Source: Oopsacas minuta (lineage: Eukaryota > Animalia > Porifera). From it: a DNA stretch of 64,000 bases. The stretch's first letter is position 1. Every line of letters begins with the position of its first letter. The DNA is taken from contig JAKMXF010000022.1 of the NCBI GenBank assembly GCA_024704765.1, forward strand, positions 62,001 through 126,000, read 5' to 3'. Position numbers and translations under genes: made by a program. The notes below the pieces were generated by a model. It was not told where the DNA came from and made no database searches. It saw only the letters and a program-made list of their open reading frames with translations. Below, piece after piece: positions 23,101-35,600 of this stretch.

Positions 23101-24269
23101 CTCAGGTGGAACAGCTGATTGATGGCGCCTCTCAGCTGCCTGTCTTATTCCCTGAGATAGACGGTCTTAAGAAGATTAGTACAGAAGCTAATAACTGGAA
23201 ATATTTTCTCAATGATTTATTTATGATTGAAGGATCAGGTACAGATATTCTCTTCAATCTCCTGCCCCGATCAGCTGTCTCTCCAGAAGCAACTAGCCTA
23301 CAAACTCTCAAAAGTACTATGGATTCAATCAGCTCCCGTTCTAGACACAGTCAACAACAAGAGTCACAATTATTAACATCACTTTTGAAACAAGAGCTCT
23401 CCTCAATAAGAGACATACGTAAAGCTAACATGGAGATATTGTACATTGCTTCCTCCACTACCCCTCCTCTTGATAAGATCATCTGTATAACATGTGGCAA
23501 GCGAGCTTCTGAGCAGATGATATTCTGTAACCGGTGTCTAGCTTTACAACACGGACCCTGTGCTGGATTGTCTCTGTCTAACATAGAGATTACTCAGAAT
23601 ACATTTGTGTGTACCAGGTGTGTACGTACCAACAGACCTACTCTATCACAAGCGAATGATCTGTTGGGTATTTGGAATTTGGAAATTAGTTCTCCTTACA
23701 TAAGAGCTCTCCAGCTGTTAGTTGAGAGAGGAGAGAAATGGGAATCTAAATCTATCAGTTTATTAGATTCTTTTCAATCAGTTGAGATGGAGACTGATCA
23801 ATCAGTTAGCTCTTCTCCTGTATTAAACAGAAATGAAGCTCCCTTCTATCTATCCCCACACTACAAAACAATTGAGGACCATTTAGTAGATGGGCTATCC
23901 ATAGAGTTGGTCCTAGAGCACACGAGTCCATGTGTAGAGTTGTGGAGAGAAGCTTACAGACAGAGGAGACAGAGTAGAGGTCGGGGGAAGAAGGGAGTGT
24001 GTAAACCAGACTCCTCACAAGCCAAGAAATACCGTCTACACAAAGACACGAAACCTGAGGACTCACAACTTGAATTCAGAAGTGAGAATAGTGATGACAC
24101 GTGTGCAGCTTTGAAGTGCATTTGTCTGCAAGAGGAAAACGTAGACTGGATCCAGTGCGACACCTGTGAAGCCTGGTTCCATTTCATCTGTGTAGGACTC
24201 ACTCAACCTGAGGTCAGCACCATGGGTGACTACACATGTCCAACATGTAACTCCTGCAAAATCAATTAA
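20193..24269 (+). CDS. KDM5: KDM5/JARID1 H3K4 demethylase, intronless, 1358 aa
   Basis: JmjN ([35 protein letters not shown]), ARID (LDLYK...GGF), PHD1, JmjC ([40 protein letters not shown]), C5HC2 finger, PLU-1 region, PHD2, and PHD3 ([16 protein letters not shown]). Confidence 0.96.
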   Translation: [1358 protein letters not shown]

Positions 24270-24670
24270 CTTTCATGCACGAATGACCAAACCGAATTAA
24301 CTATCTCACTCAGCTATTGATTTCTACACTGGCAATTAGTCCAATACACGCTATAGCTATAAATCACTACACTACAATTAATCTTAACTCGCTATTATTA
24401 CACATAAAATATTAATTAATTATAATTAATGCCACATAATAAATAAAACCTGTTTATTTTATTTAAGTGGCATTTTATTATATGAATATTTGTAGAATTA
24501 TTAATAATAATATTCGCTATGTTTGTATCACAGCAAAACATTTACAGTTTACTTTATTCATTTTGCCTGAAAATCTTATTTATACTCTTCTGAATTTGTG
24601 TTTTGCTGTAGTTTGCAGAACTTTAATTTTTGTCTAAGAAACAAAAATTTAATTATTATGATATTTAGTA

Positions 24671-26662
24671 ATGTCACACGAAACAACTTCTGCTGCTGGT
24701 AAACTAAGTCAGCGGAGCTCTACTGCTAGAGATTGTCTCTCTGAATCGGAGAAGAGACCGACCACTCCTCCCCTGGTTAAGCTATTTGAAGGTCAGACAC
24801 GTCCTGGTGTAGGGAAACCCCGTGTTCTCCATTCATCAGCACAAGACTCTCCTCACTCCAATAAACTCCCTCATGGCGTTACAACTAAGTCTTCTCTACA
24901 AGCTAGACAGCTCCTAAATCCACAGCCTAAGACCAGATTCCAAGAGACATTGAATGACATGATGGAATCTGCTTATCTCAGAAACAAACTAACCAGATTA
25001 GGTAAGTCATACAATAGATTATATTTGTTAGGTTTAGCTATTATACTTGTGTAGGAGCATGTCCTGACCCCAGCTTGAATCTCCCTGACAACCCACAACT
25101 ACTCAGAAATGAGATCCCATTTGGTAACCCCACTGTGTATAACGACACAGCTAGTGAGATTATAAACCCAGGAAAGAACCCCACTGAGGTTGATGAGGAG
25201 TGGAAACAGGGGCAAGACTTGTACAAAATGAGTCATAACAGCTATCCGGTAGGAGACATGCCTGATCGTAATTATGACTGGTCTGTATTTCCGCGTGACT
25301 ACAAGTATGGAGTGGAGACACCTCATGACGTCAGAGGAACAGGTGTGAGTCATGCCATGAAGTGGTCTCATGAGGCAGAAGAGGAACAAGCTACTCATAT
25401 CGTGCAAAAGAGATTAGATGATTTTAGAGAGAGAACACAACCTCAGATCGGGAAGGTATAACATGAATATACTACTTACGTATATACCATTTTATTATCG
25501 TATGGGGTAGGTACATGATCCGATCTGTGATACTCTCCCTGTAGAGGATAATCACACGTTTGGTGTGTTTGTGAAACCTGATCAGTTTGGAGCAGGAGAT
25601 CTCATCCACATGAGGGACCCCGAGGAGGTGTTGAGGGGGAAGGATAGAAATAGGGGTATGATTGCGTTCATAAGACAACAACTCAAAAAAGCAAACTACC
25701 ATAACTTCGAATCTCTTAAGGCTGCATTTGAGCATTATGACCAGTCTCGTAGTGGACGAGTACACAAGGAAGACCTGAATGAGATTTGTTTTCAGTTTGG
25801 TCTCCCGTTAGACTACAACCAGTTAGAGATGCTAATGAGTTACTGTGATACGGACAAGCAGGGATACATTGATTATGTAAAGTTCAGTAACTTCCTTAAC
25901 TGGAAAGATAAACTACCTACTGGATTTCAGATAGTGACAATAGAGGAGGAATCTACAGCTAGGGAGCACTCTCCTCTTAAAGTAATTAATATAATCTATT
26001 ATTTGTATCTAATATGAAGTTATATGCTGATTGTATAGGAAGAGGAGGGAGAGAGCGGAGCACTACTCACCTCTAGACTGGAGAGTAAGGAAGAAGTACC
26101 ACGGGCTAAAGGGCAAGAGGTTACACCTGAACAGAAGGAAACAGAGTATGCAAATACTCTAGTGAAAGAAGGGGATATTGTGTATGACGTATCTAGACGG
26201 AAAATGACTCCTAAACTCCTTTCTAAGCAAATTGACAGAAGTGCTGCTCCTATGAAGACTTCTTCTCAAGCTATTTCTGCTACTGTTGGTGGTATTTCAA
26301 CCAGGCACTTCCCTTCTTTTGGAGTTCCGACTGTTCGATCGGATCTTCCCGCTCCTAGGGTGAAGCGGGTTTCTGATTACACAAATTACGGAGACGAGTC
26401 AGATGCTTTTGGTCTTATCTACCCTTCTGTGTACTCTAACAGAGGGGTGCACGAAAGAGACTTTTTTGTTCCTCGCTCCCAACAAGAAATCAAAATGATA
26501 TTTACAAATATTGGTGTTGAGATGGATGATAAAGGGTTTGAAGAGCTCTGGAAGAGAGCTCTAGACCTGGGAGGGGGCCTTGTATCTGTTGAAATATTCA
26601 GAGCCTTGTTGGACAGTTTTGTTTCTGATCGTGCACAAGAAATTCAACAAACTCTCGATTAG
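24671..26662 (+). CDS. EFHB: EF-hand domain family member B (exons 24671-25001, 25055-25455, 25511-25981, 26039-26662)
   Basis: Introns are GT-AG and in phase. Motifs LDDFRERTQPQIGKVHDPI, EF-hand pair DQSRSGRVHKED and DTDKQGYIDYVKFSNFLNWKD, and FGVPTVRSDLPAPRVKRVSDYTNYGDE...GVHERDFF. Confidence 0.88.
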
Positions 26663-26852
26663 CTAAATCACGAGTAAGTTCACTTATAACGGATTGATTA
26701 CATTGTATTTATGCTACAGTCAACCCGATACACTTTATATCTGTATCCACTTAACTTTATCAAATGAATTATTATATTTGTTTTTGAACGTGCTAAAGGT
26801 TGTTAATGATATATTTTATTCTGAGAACTGGTATGATATTAGTATATTATTT

Positions 26853-28166
26853 ATGTCTATGAAACCGCGCGTAATCTGCCACAAAGAAAGAAAGTCAAGT
26901 AACGATACAGAGAAGATCGTACAAAATGAACAATTCATTTCTGCAAATGAGTTCATGAAGGAATTTTCATTCTCAATTGATTCGGAAGAATCGAAACGAT
27001 TTACAAATAATTTTGTTGATTTTCCAACAATCTCAGAATTTAAATCTCCAGGCTCTCCCAACTTTTCAACAACTCTACTAACAACTGCCAGTCTCCAAGA
27101 CCTGACTTCCAAATCTGACACACAACTTCAAAATACAATATCTGAGAATTTCAATTCTCTACAACTTCTAAAATACAAACAGCAGTCACTCACAGATGTA
27201 ACCTCAGACATTAAATCAGTCCAAAAGACTCAGAAGAAAAAGACAAATCCAAAACCTCGCTGTCCTGACTTTTCCACTTCTCGGAGGGACAGGAAACCAG
27301 ATACCACTTCTAAACTACAGACACACTCTAAAGATAGGTTAGCCCCTCCTACTTCTGAGCTAAAACTAAAGACTCGTACTGCACACAAATCTTCTATATC
27401 TACACCGGATGATACACAACAAATCACTTTTGATAGTTCTCGTATTCTAACATCTCAACACACCAGACCTCCCTCTGTTGAGGTTACTCTTCTAGGGAGA
27501 CCCCAGGCACCTGCAGTACCCCCTGGGATATCACTGGAATTACAAAACAGTCTCCTGTTATCAGCTATACACCTGAACCTGTCAGCACAGCGATCATATT
27601 CAGAATCTGAAAAGGAAGCTATCAATCAACTTTCAAAGCTTCACAAATACAAACAAAAACTGTTACATGAAAACTTTGAGTTGAAGAGTGAGGAGAAGCG
27701 ACTGGAGATTAACTGTATGACTAATTTCGCGTTAGGAGAGTTAGGAACTGTTGAGGAAGTATTGACACGACTTAAACTAGCAGGTGCTCAGATAGTGAAG
27801 CTATCAGAAGCCATGAGCAGAGCACAGAGTTCTGTCAAGTTACAGAATATATATTTGAGTGATAGAGATAGAGAGAAATGTGAAAAATATCTGAGAGAGC
27901 TCAGCTCTGTAGCAACCAGATCACTAACTACAATACGTTCTCTGCTCAGTCAAGTGTATGACGTATGTGATAAAGTACAAATAATCACGAAAGAGAGAGA
28001 AGAAGATCTAAACAAATTAAGAGAAGCGAGTGAAGAGCTAGACAGATATGCTGGTATGATGCTCTCAAGGATTAGCCTCCAATCTCACGTGAGATTGTTA
28101 GAAGAGAACTTAGATATCATCAGAGAACCAGAAAAGTTATATATGGTGTATCCTGATGAATTGTGA
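26853..28166 (+). CDS. Protein with disordered N-half and coiled-coil C-half, HAUS8 (augmin subunit)-like
   Basis: Likely start MSMKPRV at 26853. The C-half (SVKLQNIYL...REL; DLNKLREASEELDRYAGMMLSRISL) loosely resembles the recalled HAUS8/QWRF helical region. The family call is tentative. Confidence 0.5.
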   Translation: MSMKPRVICHKERKSSNDTEKIVQNEQFISANEFMKEFSFSIDSEESKRFTNNFVDFPTISEFKSPGSPNFSTTLLTTASLQDLTSKSDTQLQNTISENFNSLQLLKYKQQSLTDVTSDIKSVQKTQKKKTNPKPRCPDFSTSRRDRKPDTTSKLQTHSKDRLAPPTSELKLKTRTAHKSSISTPDDTQQITFDSSRILTSQHTRPPSVEVTLLGRPQAPAVPPGISLELQNSLLLSAIHLNLSAQRSYSESEKEAINQLSKLHKYKQKLLHENFELKSEEKRLEINCMTNFALGELGTVEEVLTRLKLAGAQIVKLSEAMSRAQSSVKLQNIYLSDRDREKCEKYLRELSSVATRSLTTIRSLLSQVYDVCDKVQIITKEREEDLNKLREASEELDRYAGMMLSRISLQSHVRLLEENLDIIREPEKLYMVYPDEL

Positions 28167-28316
28167 TAATTTATGTACCATCTGAATGAGTTGTATATTA
28201 AACTTTTAATCTCCACTTCACTCGTGATTAGTTTGATGTATTCAGCTTTGAGGCTTGTTCTTAGGCCAGCTAGTTCTATCAGGCAACTAATATATTTGCA
28301 ATACAGTATAGAAGTG

Positions 28317-29129
28317 ATGAAACTAGGTGCTGTGGTATCTGTTTTGAACCAACACACCCCTCCCTCCCTATCTGAGGACTGGGACAATACAGGACTGTTG
28401 GTAGAACCCTGTAAGAAGCTAGAGGTTAGTAAGATACTGCTCACTAACGATCTTACTGAGATTGTAACAAGTGAGGCAATACAAAGTAAAGCACAGCTTG
28501 TCATAGCTTACCACCCTCCTATATTCAGTCCAATCAAGCGTATCACTCAGTCATCAGCTAAGGAGCGTATTCTACTAGACTGTATTAGACATGATATAGC
28601 CATCTACTCTCCACACAGCTCTCTAGATAACATACAAGGGGGATTGGGAGATTGGATGGTCACAGCCTTCAATGGAGTGGGGGGTACTCACGAAGTATCA
28701 ATACTAAAGCCGAATCCCCTTAAAGATACAATTGGAGCAGGAAGGAGGGTAACCTTCAGTCAGAAGGTGCCTTTGGATAAATGTGTAGAACTTATAAAAT
28801 CATTTCTAGGATTGAAAGAAGTAAGACTAGCCTTACCTGATTTGAAAGAGGGGGTAACTCAACATGTTATAGGTTCAGTATGTATGTGCCCAGGATCTGG
28901 AGCCTCAGTGTTGAGAGGAACATCAGGGGACCTGTATTGGACAGGTGAGTTGTCTCATCACGATGTCCTGGATGCTATATCAAAGGGAAAAAGTGTCGTG
29001 TTATGTGAGCATTCTAACACTGAGAGAGGCTATCTCTTCTTATACAGAGATGCTCTTTTAGAAATGTTGGAAAGGAAAGTAGAAATTATCATTTCTAAAA
29101 CTGATAAAGAACCTCTCTCAATTGTTTAG
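28317..29129 (+). CDS. NIF3L1: NIF3-like protein (NIF3/YbgI family), intronless
   Basis: SLSEDWDNTGLLVEP, LLTNDLTE, VIAYHPPIF, IAIYSPHSSLDN, MCPGSGASVL, YWTGELSHHDVL, VLCEHSNTERGYL. Confidence 0.93.
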   Translation: MKLGAVVSVLNQHTPPSLSEDWDNTGLLVEPCKKLEVSKILLTNDLTEIVTSEAIQSKAQLVIAYHPPIFSPIKRITQSSAKERILLDCIRHDIAIYSPHSSLDNIQGGLGDWMVTAFNGVGGTHEVSILKPNPLKDTIGAGRRVTFSQKVPLDKCVELIKSFLGLKEVRLALPDLKEGVTQHVIGSVCMCPGSGASVLRGTSGDLYWTGELSHHDVLDAISKGKSVVLCEHSNTERGYLFLYRDALLEMLERKVEIIISKTDKEPLSIV

Positions 29130-29444
29130 TTGAATTAAAATAATTTCTCACCAACACTAGATTGTATAAAACTACGTAAGTGTACGTACGATAATAGTTA
29201 GCAATTCAATGAATTCTTGTAATTATTGCGATTATCATACAAATATTCAAGAGAAAGTAGTTGTAGCGATTATGTGGTTTCCTTATTAGTGTGATGTGAA
29301 CATTAATACAACACTTTAAAATATGTTCCCAGAGTTTCATAACATAATTTTGTATGTAAGAAGGAGATACATTAAAGCAAGGTTTATCATTTATAATGTT
29401 CTGTCACTTCTATATTAATTGTGTCCCTAGATTTATATTTGTAC

Positions 29445-29478
29445 ACAACAACAACAACAACAATATCAACAAACAACA
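29445..29478. repeat. Short imperfect (CAA)n tract
   Basis: CACAACAACAACAACAACAATATCAACAAACAAC in intergenic DNA. Confidence 0.6.
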
Positions 29479-29638
29479 AGTCAATCATATTTTCATATTT
29501 TCTGTCCAATCACCTTACCACATATTAGACGATGATTTAGTTCTATTTTAATTCATTGCTGTTTCATCTTGATCAGACTTATATAGTGATCTTCCTATAT
29601 AAGTAATGTAGTTAGATTCTGAATGATCAAACGAGCAA

Positions 29639-32600
29639 ATGCTTAGGACAATTTTCAAACGTAGAAACAACATCCCTATTAGTGCGACTGCTGATACTTT
29701 TGAGATTGAGTATGAACCAGAAATCGTTCTTCCTCCCTCTTCAGGCCAGCCCAAGCCCCCTGGTGCACTCCAGAACACTTACGAATTGTGGTACCTCGGG
29801 ACTAAACAAGTTGCAGAAGCGAAAACTATTTCAACTCTAATCTACACTATCAAACAGGTGTATTTGTGAAATTAGTTTATCTGTAGCAGAAGTTTATGCT
29901 ATTTTTTAGATGAGGAAGAAATCCAGAGGAAAGACTCGAGTAACATTCAGTTTTGCTCAAGGGACTCTGAATATACAAACAATAGGGGGTAATAAGGAAA
30001 CTATTCTATCTCTTCCTTTCTATTCAGTAGCATTATGTGTGCTAGACCCAGTCAGAGAGTCTGGTTGCATTGCTATTAGCTCCACAGTAAAGATGGTACA
30101 TGAGGTACATGTGTTCCAAGGAATAACCCATGAACAAGTATGTTTATTTGAGCTGAGCACGTTCAATAATTATCCTATTTTGTTATTTGTAGGCTCAAGA
30201 AGTCGTGTTGGGACTTGGCCTGGCCTTCAGTGAGGCAGGGAAGGTACAGAATCAGGTGTTTGCAGATAATCCATCCCTCTTTCAATGGGAGAACTATCAG
30301 ATGTCACGCAGTAGAGTAGACCATAATTACAACCCCTCAGTTGTACATAATACTCCTACACGACACTCCCCTCATCTCACACCAACACTCAACTGGAATC
30401 CTCAGAAGATTCCAGCTTACAATTCTGGTAAAGGAATGAGACCTAAACTCAAACATGAAAGAGAACTGAGGTCAGTAAGTATATGTCTTGCTATACTACT
30501 ACAATTATCAATTTATGACATGTATATAGCTCAGAACAGAGTCAATTGTTTGCATCACCCTCTCCTACCTCTCATATCCGTGTACCAGCTGATATTTCAT
30601 ACGATGCTACACCTAAAGATAAGTACGATAGTTTAGAGGATATGATATCAGTAATCAAAGAGAATAACAAGCAAATAATGGCTAGCTACAAGTACGTGTA
30701 TTAACCTATCCAGTCTACTCAATACGAAATGTATTATAAATTTATTATGTATATCTAGACGAGACAATGCATTTGTTGGTGGATTCTTCTTCCAGGCGGT
30801 AAGAGCTATATTCTCTAGCAACACTCTCAGACTCAATGACCTCCTTACAAGGAAGAATATCAATATCAACTCCAAAGACTCATCAGGGAACTCTCTGTTA
30901 CACTATGCTACTTTACAGTGTAATCCTAAAATGGTGTTATTCCTTATCAAGCAGTGAGTTATTGCAGTAGATATTTGCTGTAATTATGATATAATAATGT
31001 GCCATAGGAATGCTGACATTAATCAGGGAGATAAACATGGTATAACACCTCTACATTGTGCTGCAGCTAATCACTCTACTCAGATGGTGAAATGTCTGTT
31101 GAGACATAACGCAGATGTTAATGTAGTTGATGAAAACAGGTGAGTGATTATGTTATGTGTTTGTCAGATTTTCATTACTGGTACTCAGAACTCACGAATA
31201 TAATATGCTTCTGGACGATACATTTAAAATTCTAACATATGCAGCTTCATACTTTAGAATTATATGTTAATAGGCGGAGTCCTATATTCATGTTATACAT
31301 AAAGAATACTCAGAAAGGAGAGTTAGTGACACACTTAGTGGAGAATGGAGCATTCATCACTCGAGAGGATATAAACGGGCTCAAACCAGCTGACATTTGG
31401 ATGGTAATTTTAGTATTATAATTAATAGTGTAACAAGCTGTTAATATCGCTATATGATAGGATCTGCAGAGCTTTCAACAGTCTTTAATAACATCTCTAT
31501 GTAACTGTTTCATGCAATCAGTTCCTATCGCATACCAGCCTGGAGACATTCTTGAATCTTTTTCTACCAGTATATCTGGTAGTTTACACACAACAACTAT
31601 ACCTACAAGACATGCTTCTGTTCTGTCTCTACCACCTGTGAGAATTGTTGTTTTATTGTTTAATGTTTCTTTGTTTACAAGTATACAATTCTTAGAGTGA
31701 CGTAGACACAATACTAATGTTCCATAACGAGCCTCTGACAGAAGAAGAGCGAATAGCTAAACTAGAAAAACTAAGATTATCATCTTCTCAATTCTCTCTG
31801 GTATCAGAGGACCCATTAGCAGAAGAGGCACGTAAGTTGTGTGAGAATACAGCTGCTATGGTTAAAGTGGCAGATAAGGTCAGTACCTTTATCAGTTATT
31901 ACATTTAGGAGCAATTTGACTGGCATTTCACAAAAATTCGTTCCCAAACAATATTATATAGCATTGCTAATAATATTATTAATTTAACTGAGACACAAGA
32001 GAGTTCACGAAACGACTCTAACAGCACTCTATCTTCTTGTAGATAGTACAACATCTAGACAGAGAGCAACCTATGATGCCACTAGACCTCTCTAACATTA
32101 ATGAGGTCCTGAAACAATTGGGAGTAAGCGAGGAGCTTACCATGAGTTCAACCTTCTACCAACAACTTAAGAATCTACAAGAGGAGGTCAAGAGGAAGGA
32201 TTGGGAGCGTAGGAAATATGGACACAGTCTCAAGAGATCTCAAACCCGCGCAGAGGGGGAGTTTGGCATGAGGGGTCTAGAGGGGACGGGCCCACGCGAA
32301 CTGTACCTCCCGGATGGGGCCAAGTTAGGTCAACTGAAGAAATCTGCCTCAGAGACAATGCTACATCTCATCAATGTCTCTAAAGAGGTGTGTATATGTG
32401 TATATACTATATTCTAATTAGTAATTGCTAACGTTATTTTAGGTTACACAAAGAGAAGGACCAACCATGGATGACGGAATATTATCAACTCAGAAACAGA
32501 TAGAAATCAGGCCAGGATTCATGCGAGCCATGCGACAGCTGAAAAAGCCAATATTCTCATTCTTCGCAAGTGAGGCTGTCACTATCCCTAAACCAGATTC

Positions 32601-35600
32601 CAAGAATAGAAGAGTCCAACCCAGGAACGATCCGCCCCCAGAACTGAAATCTCCTAAACTACGCAGGAAACCATCTTATACACCGAAACCATTGAATATT
32701 GAGAATGACCTGGACAGCATGCAGGGGGACTCCCTCTCCTCTGTTCCTGAGACTGGGAGTGAGAACAGTGAGATATTCAACAAACTTGTCTCTAAACTTG
32801 ACCCTGAGGGAGACCGTATGGGTAAGATAACTCAGCTGCCTCTCATAGAGCACCCTTCTGTCTCTGACATGTTCAAGATGGAGTCTTTTTCCAGGGCTAA
32901 ATCTATATACAGTGAGTTAACGCATGATTTATTAGTATTCTGTTAAAATATTAGTTCTTACTTCGTGATTATTGACCAAGACAAGAGACAGGACATACCA
33001 GGAGGGTGGATGACGTCACAAGAACAAGAACCAGCTAAGAGTCACTTCCATATAGACCCAGACAGTGGTAAGACTCGCTTTGTGTTCTCAGATGAGGCTA
33101 GACAGAGGGCAGACTCTGAACCAACCAAAAAACAACAATTTGGACCTTCAGTCAGTACTCAATAATCTCAATAATTGTCATATAAACCTGTGATACATTA
33201 TTGCTGTAGGTACAAGCAAATGATAGAGTAGTGAAGAGAGAAGATGCTCTGAAGAGAAGAACAGGTAACTATTCAGACAGCACTATCGGGAATAAACTCT
33301 CTACACGTCCTGTACACTTGCAATTAGGCACTAGGTAGTCAGCTGATAGCTACCAGTATTGTTATACTGTAAATTATAGACAACTATATTCTATAGACAC
33401 GAGTCCCATAGCAAGAGCAATATATCTGGGGGAGGAGTGAGTAATATTATAGCACACCCTCTGGGTATAGAGGACTCTAACTCAGAACCTGGAGCTATAT
33501 TCATATTCAAACTCCTCAAGCTATCAGCTAATTATGAGTGCCTCGGATACCTATTGGCTCATATGGGACTGTCCAAGTTCTTCAAGAGGTTCCTCTTATA
33601 CGCCCGAGCATCTGGAGTAAGCGAGGAGATGAGGATTAACATGGCTATACTCATAAACAACTTATTTGAGGTAAATTGATTATTTTATATGATTTAGTCA
33701 ATCAATAATTATCTAAATCAGGTGATGAAATCTGAAAGTCAACGCAAGTCTATAGAGGCAGGAATGTTGGAGCTAGTTGTCCAGCTAGTGGATTCATACT
33801 GGCCTTTACCAGTAAGTATATCCGTAACCTACAAATTATTTACGTATAGAATATTGACACTGTTTGTTTAGGGAGTAGCTCTATCTGTACTCACCAATGT
33901 TATAGATTCAGAATACCATCACAACTATATTACTACTGTAGCCAAGTCTCCTATAGGACCGCTACTACGCTGTTTAAACTTTGAAATATTAGATATAGAC
34001 AGCGGAATAGAGAGCGGAAGGAAGAGAACTAGCAAAACCAGGTAATAACCCCTATTCCTCTATTCGAATATAATTCTACTGATTATCCACTTGTGTAGGG
34101 AGCAGAGAGAAAGTATTGACACATCTAGCGGTATTTGGACAGAATCCACGCCCCTACAGAGACTACAGCAACCCGAACACTTACCTGCTTCTAGATCCAG
34201 CAGGGATAGTATGTATGACTCAGGAAAACATAGTTTTGATTTTAGAAAGAAGTTAGAACAAACTAGGTTAGATTATTTAGGTTATCATCTTTATATTGAA
34301 ACAATGATTTATTAAATATATCTTATAGTGAACCTCTGCGGAGCGTGTTGTTGCCTATTTCAGACCCTAAGACTGTTATCCTACACATTCTAGCCTATGC
34401 TAGTCATAACGACACAATGAAGTCTCAGCTGATGAATGGACACTCACTGAGAATAATCAATGAATGTCTTTATGACTCTAAGGAAGAGCATGTATTACTA
34501 GCTCTGAATACAATAGCTAATGTAGCTCTCAAACCATCTAGTCATAGAGTGAGTATACTGTCTATATTTAATATTCACATAATATTATTATTATTATTAT
34601 GTAATGATGTTTAGGTACTGGCAGAAGCAACCTTGTTGAGGAAATTGAGATCTTTTCTGAAGCAGGAATCCATGGTTGCTCATCAGGCTGCCAGAGCACT
34701 AATTTACATGGGAGAATTTGACGTAGAAGACGTGTATTTATTCGACAAATCAGATGTAGAAGTTTCTATCAAGTATGCTAGCATGGAAGGTTTGTACATT
34801 ATATAACGAATATTTCGCTACGTATTATATTTAATATATCTCGTATCAATAGATGGTACACCTTTTGTTAAGGGCGGAACCTTAGAAGCTCTTGTGGAGG
34901 TACTGACTAACCTACCACGGAGTTTATGGGGAGGGATACAATTGATGTCTCCAGGACCCAAAGGGAATTGTAATGCATCTCTTAATAGATCCAGATCTAG
35001 GGCGGTTAGAGTGGAACCGACGGAGGAGAAAATATTTGAGTTTTTCCTAACTACATGTCGTTCTTTCTGTGAGCCTATAATCCTGTTTAGGCTCCTTATC
35101 CACAGGTCAGCTGTCGTTACACAATAAGTGAGATTATGTACACGTTATTTATGACGTAAGTGTTTTATCAGATTTAGAGACAGATTCTCATACTCCTTAT
35201 TTGATTGGAACCTGGTTGATCTACCTGCATCCCGACTTGTGTACCACGCACTCCCTCCTACTGCTTCCATTCCTAAAACACAGAGATTAGTGCTTAGAGT
35301 TGTTCAATCTTGGTTGCGGAACTTTCCAGAAGATTTTAAGAAGTTTGACTACATGACTGATGAGGTGAAGCATCTCTTGCTCTACCCGCTTAAGAAGGTC
35401 AAAGGGCCGTATTATGACTACGGACAAACCATAAAAAACTTACTAAGTCAAATTCATGTAATTTCCTTACTGTTTTTCTTCCTTTCAATTCTTATTATTA
35501 ACATTTTCCTCAGATCAAACAACGCTTCAAAGAGCCAGACCCCATTGTGTTCAGAAATCCGCATCATCAACACGTCTACCATATTGTAAGCAAAATAGCA

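Noticed and set aside
7529-24269. KDM3, KDM5, MED4 (and distant PBRM1, GTSF1) as a functional chromatin gene cluster
   Set aside because: They are interleaved with unrelated genes in a very gene-dense region; there is no evidence beyond coincidence without synteny data.
28317-29129. NIF3L1 lacking the central PII-like insertion of the human protein
   Set aside because: Short NIF3/YbgI forms are common, so this is not remarkable.
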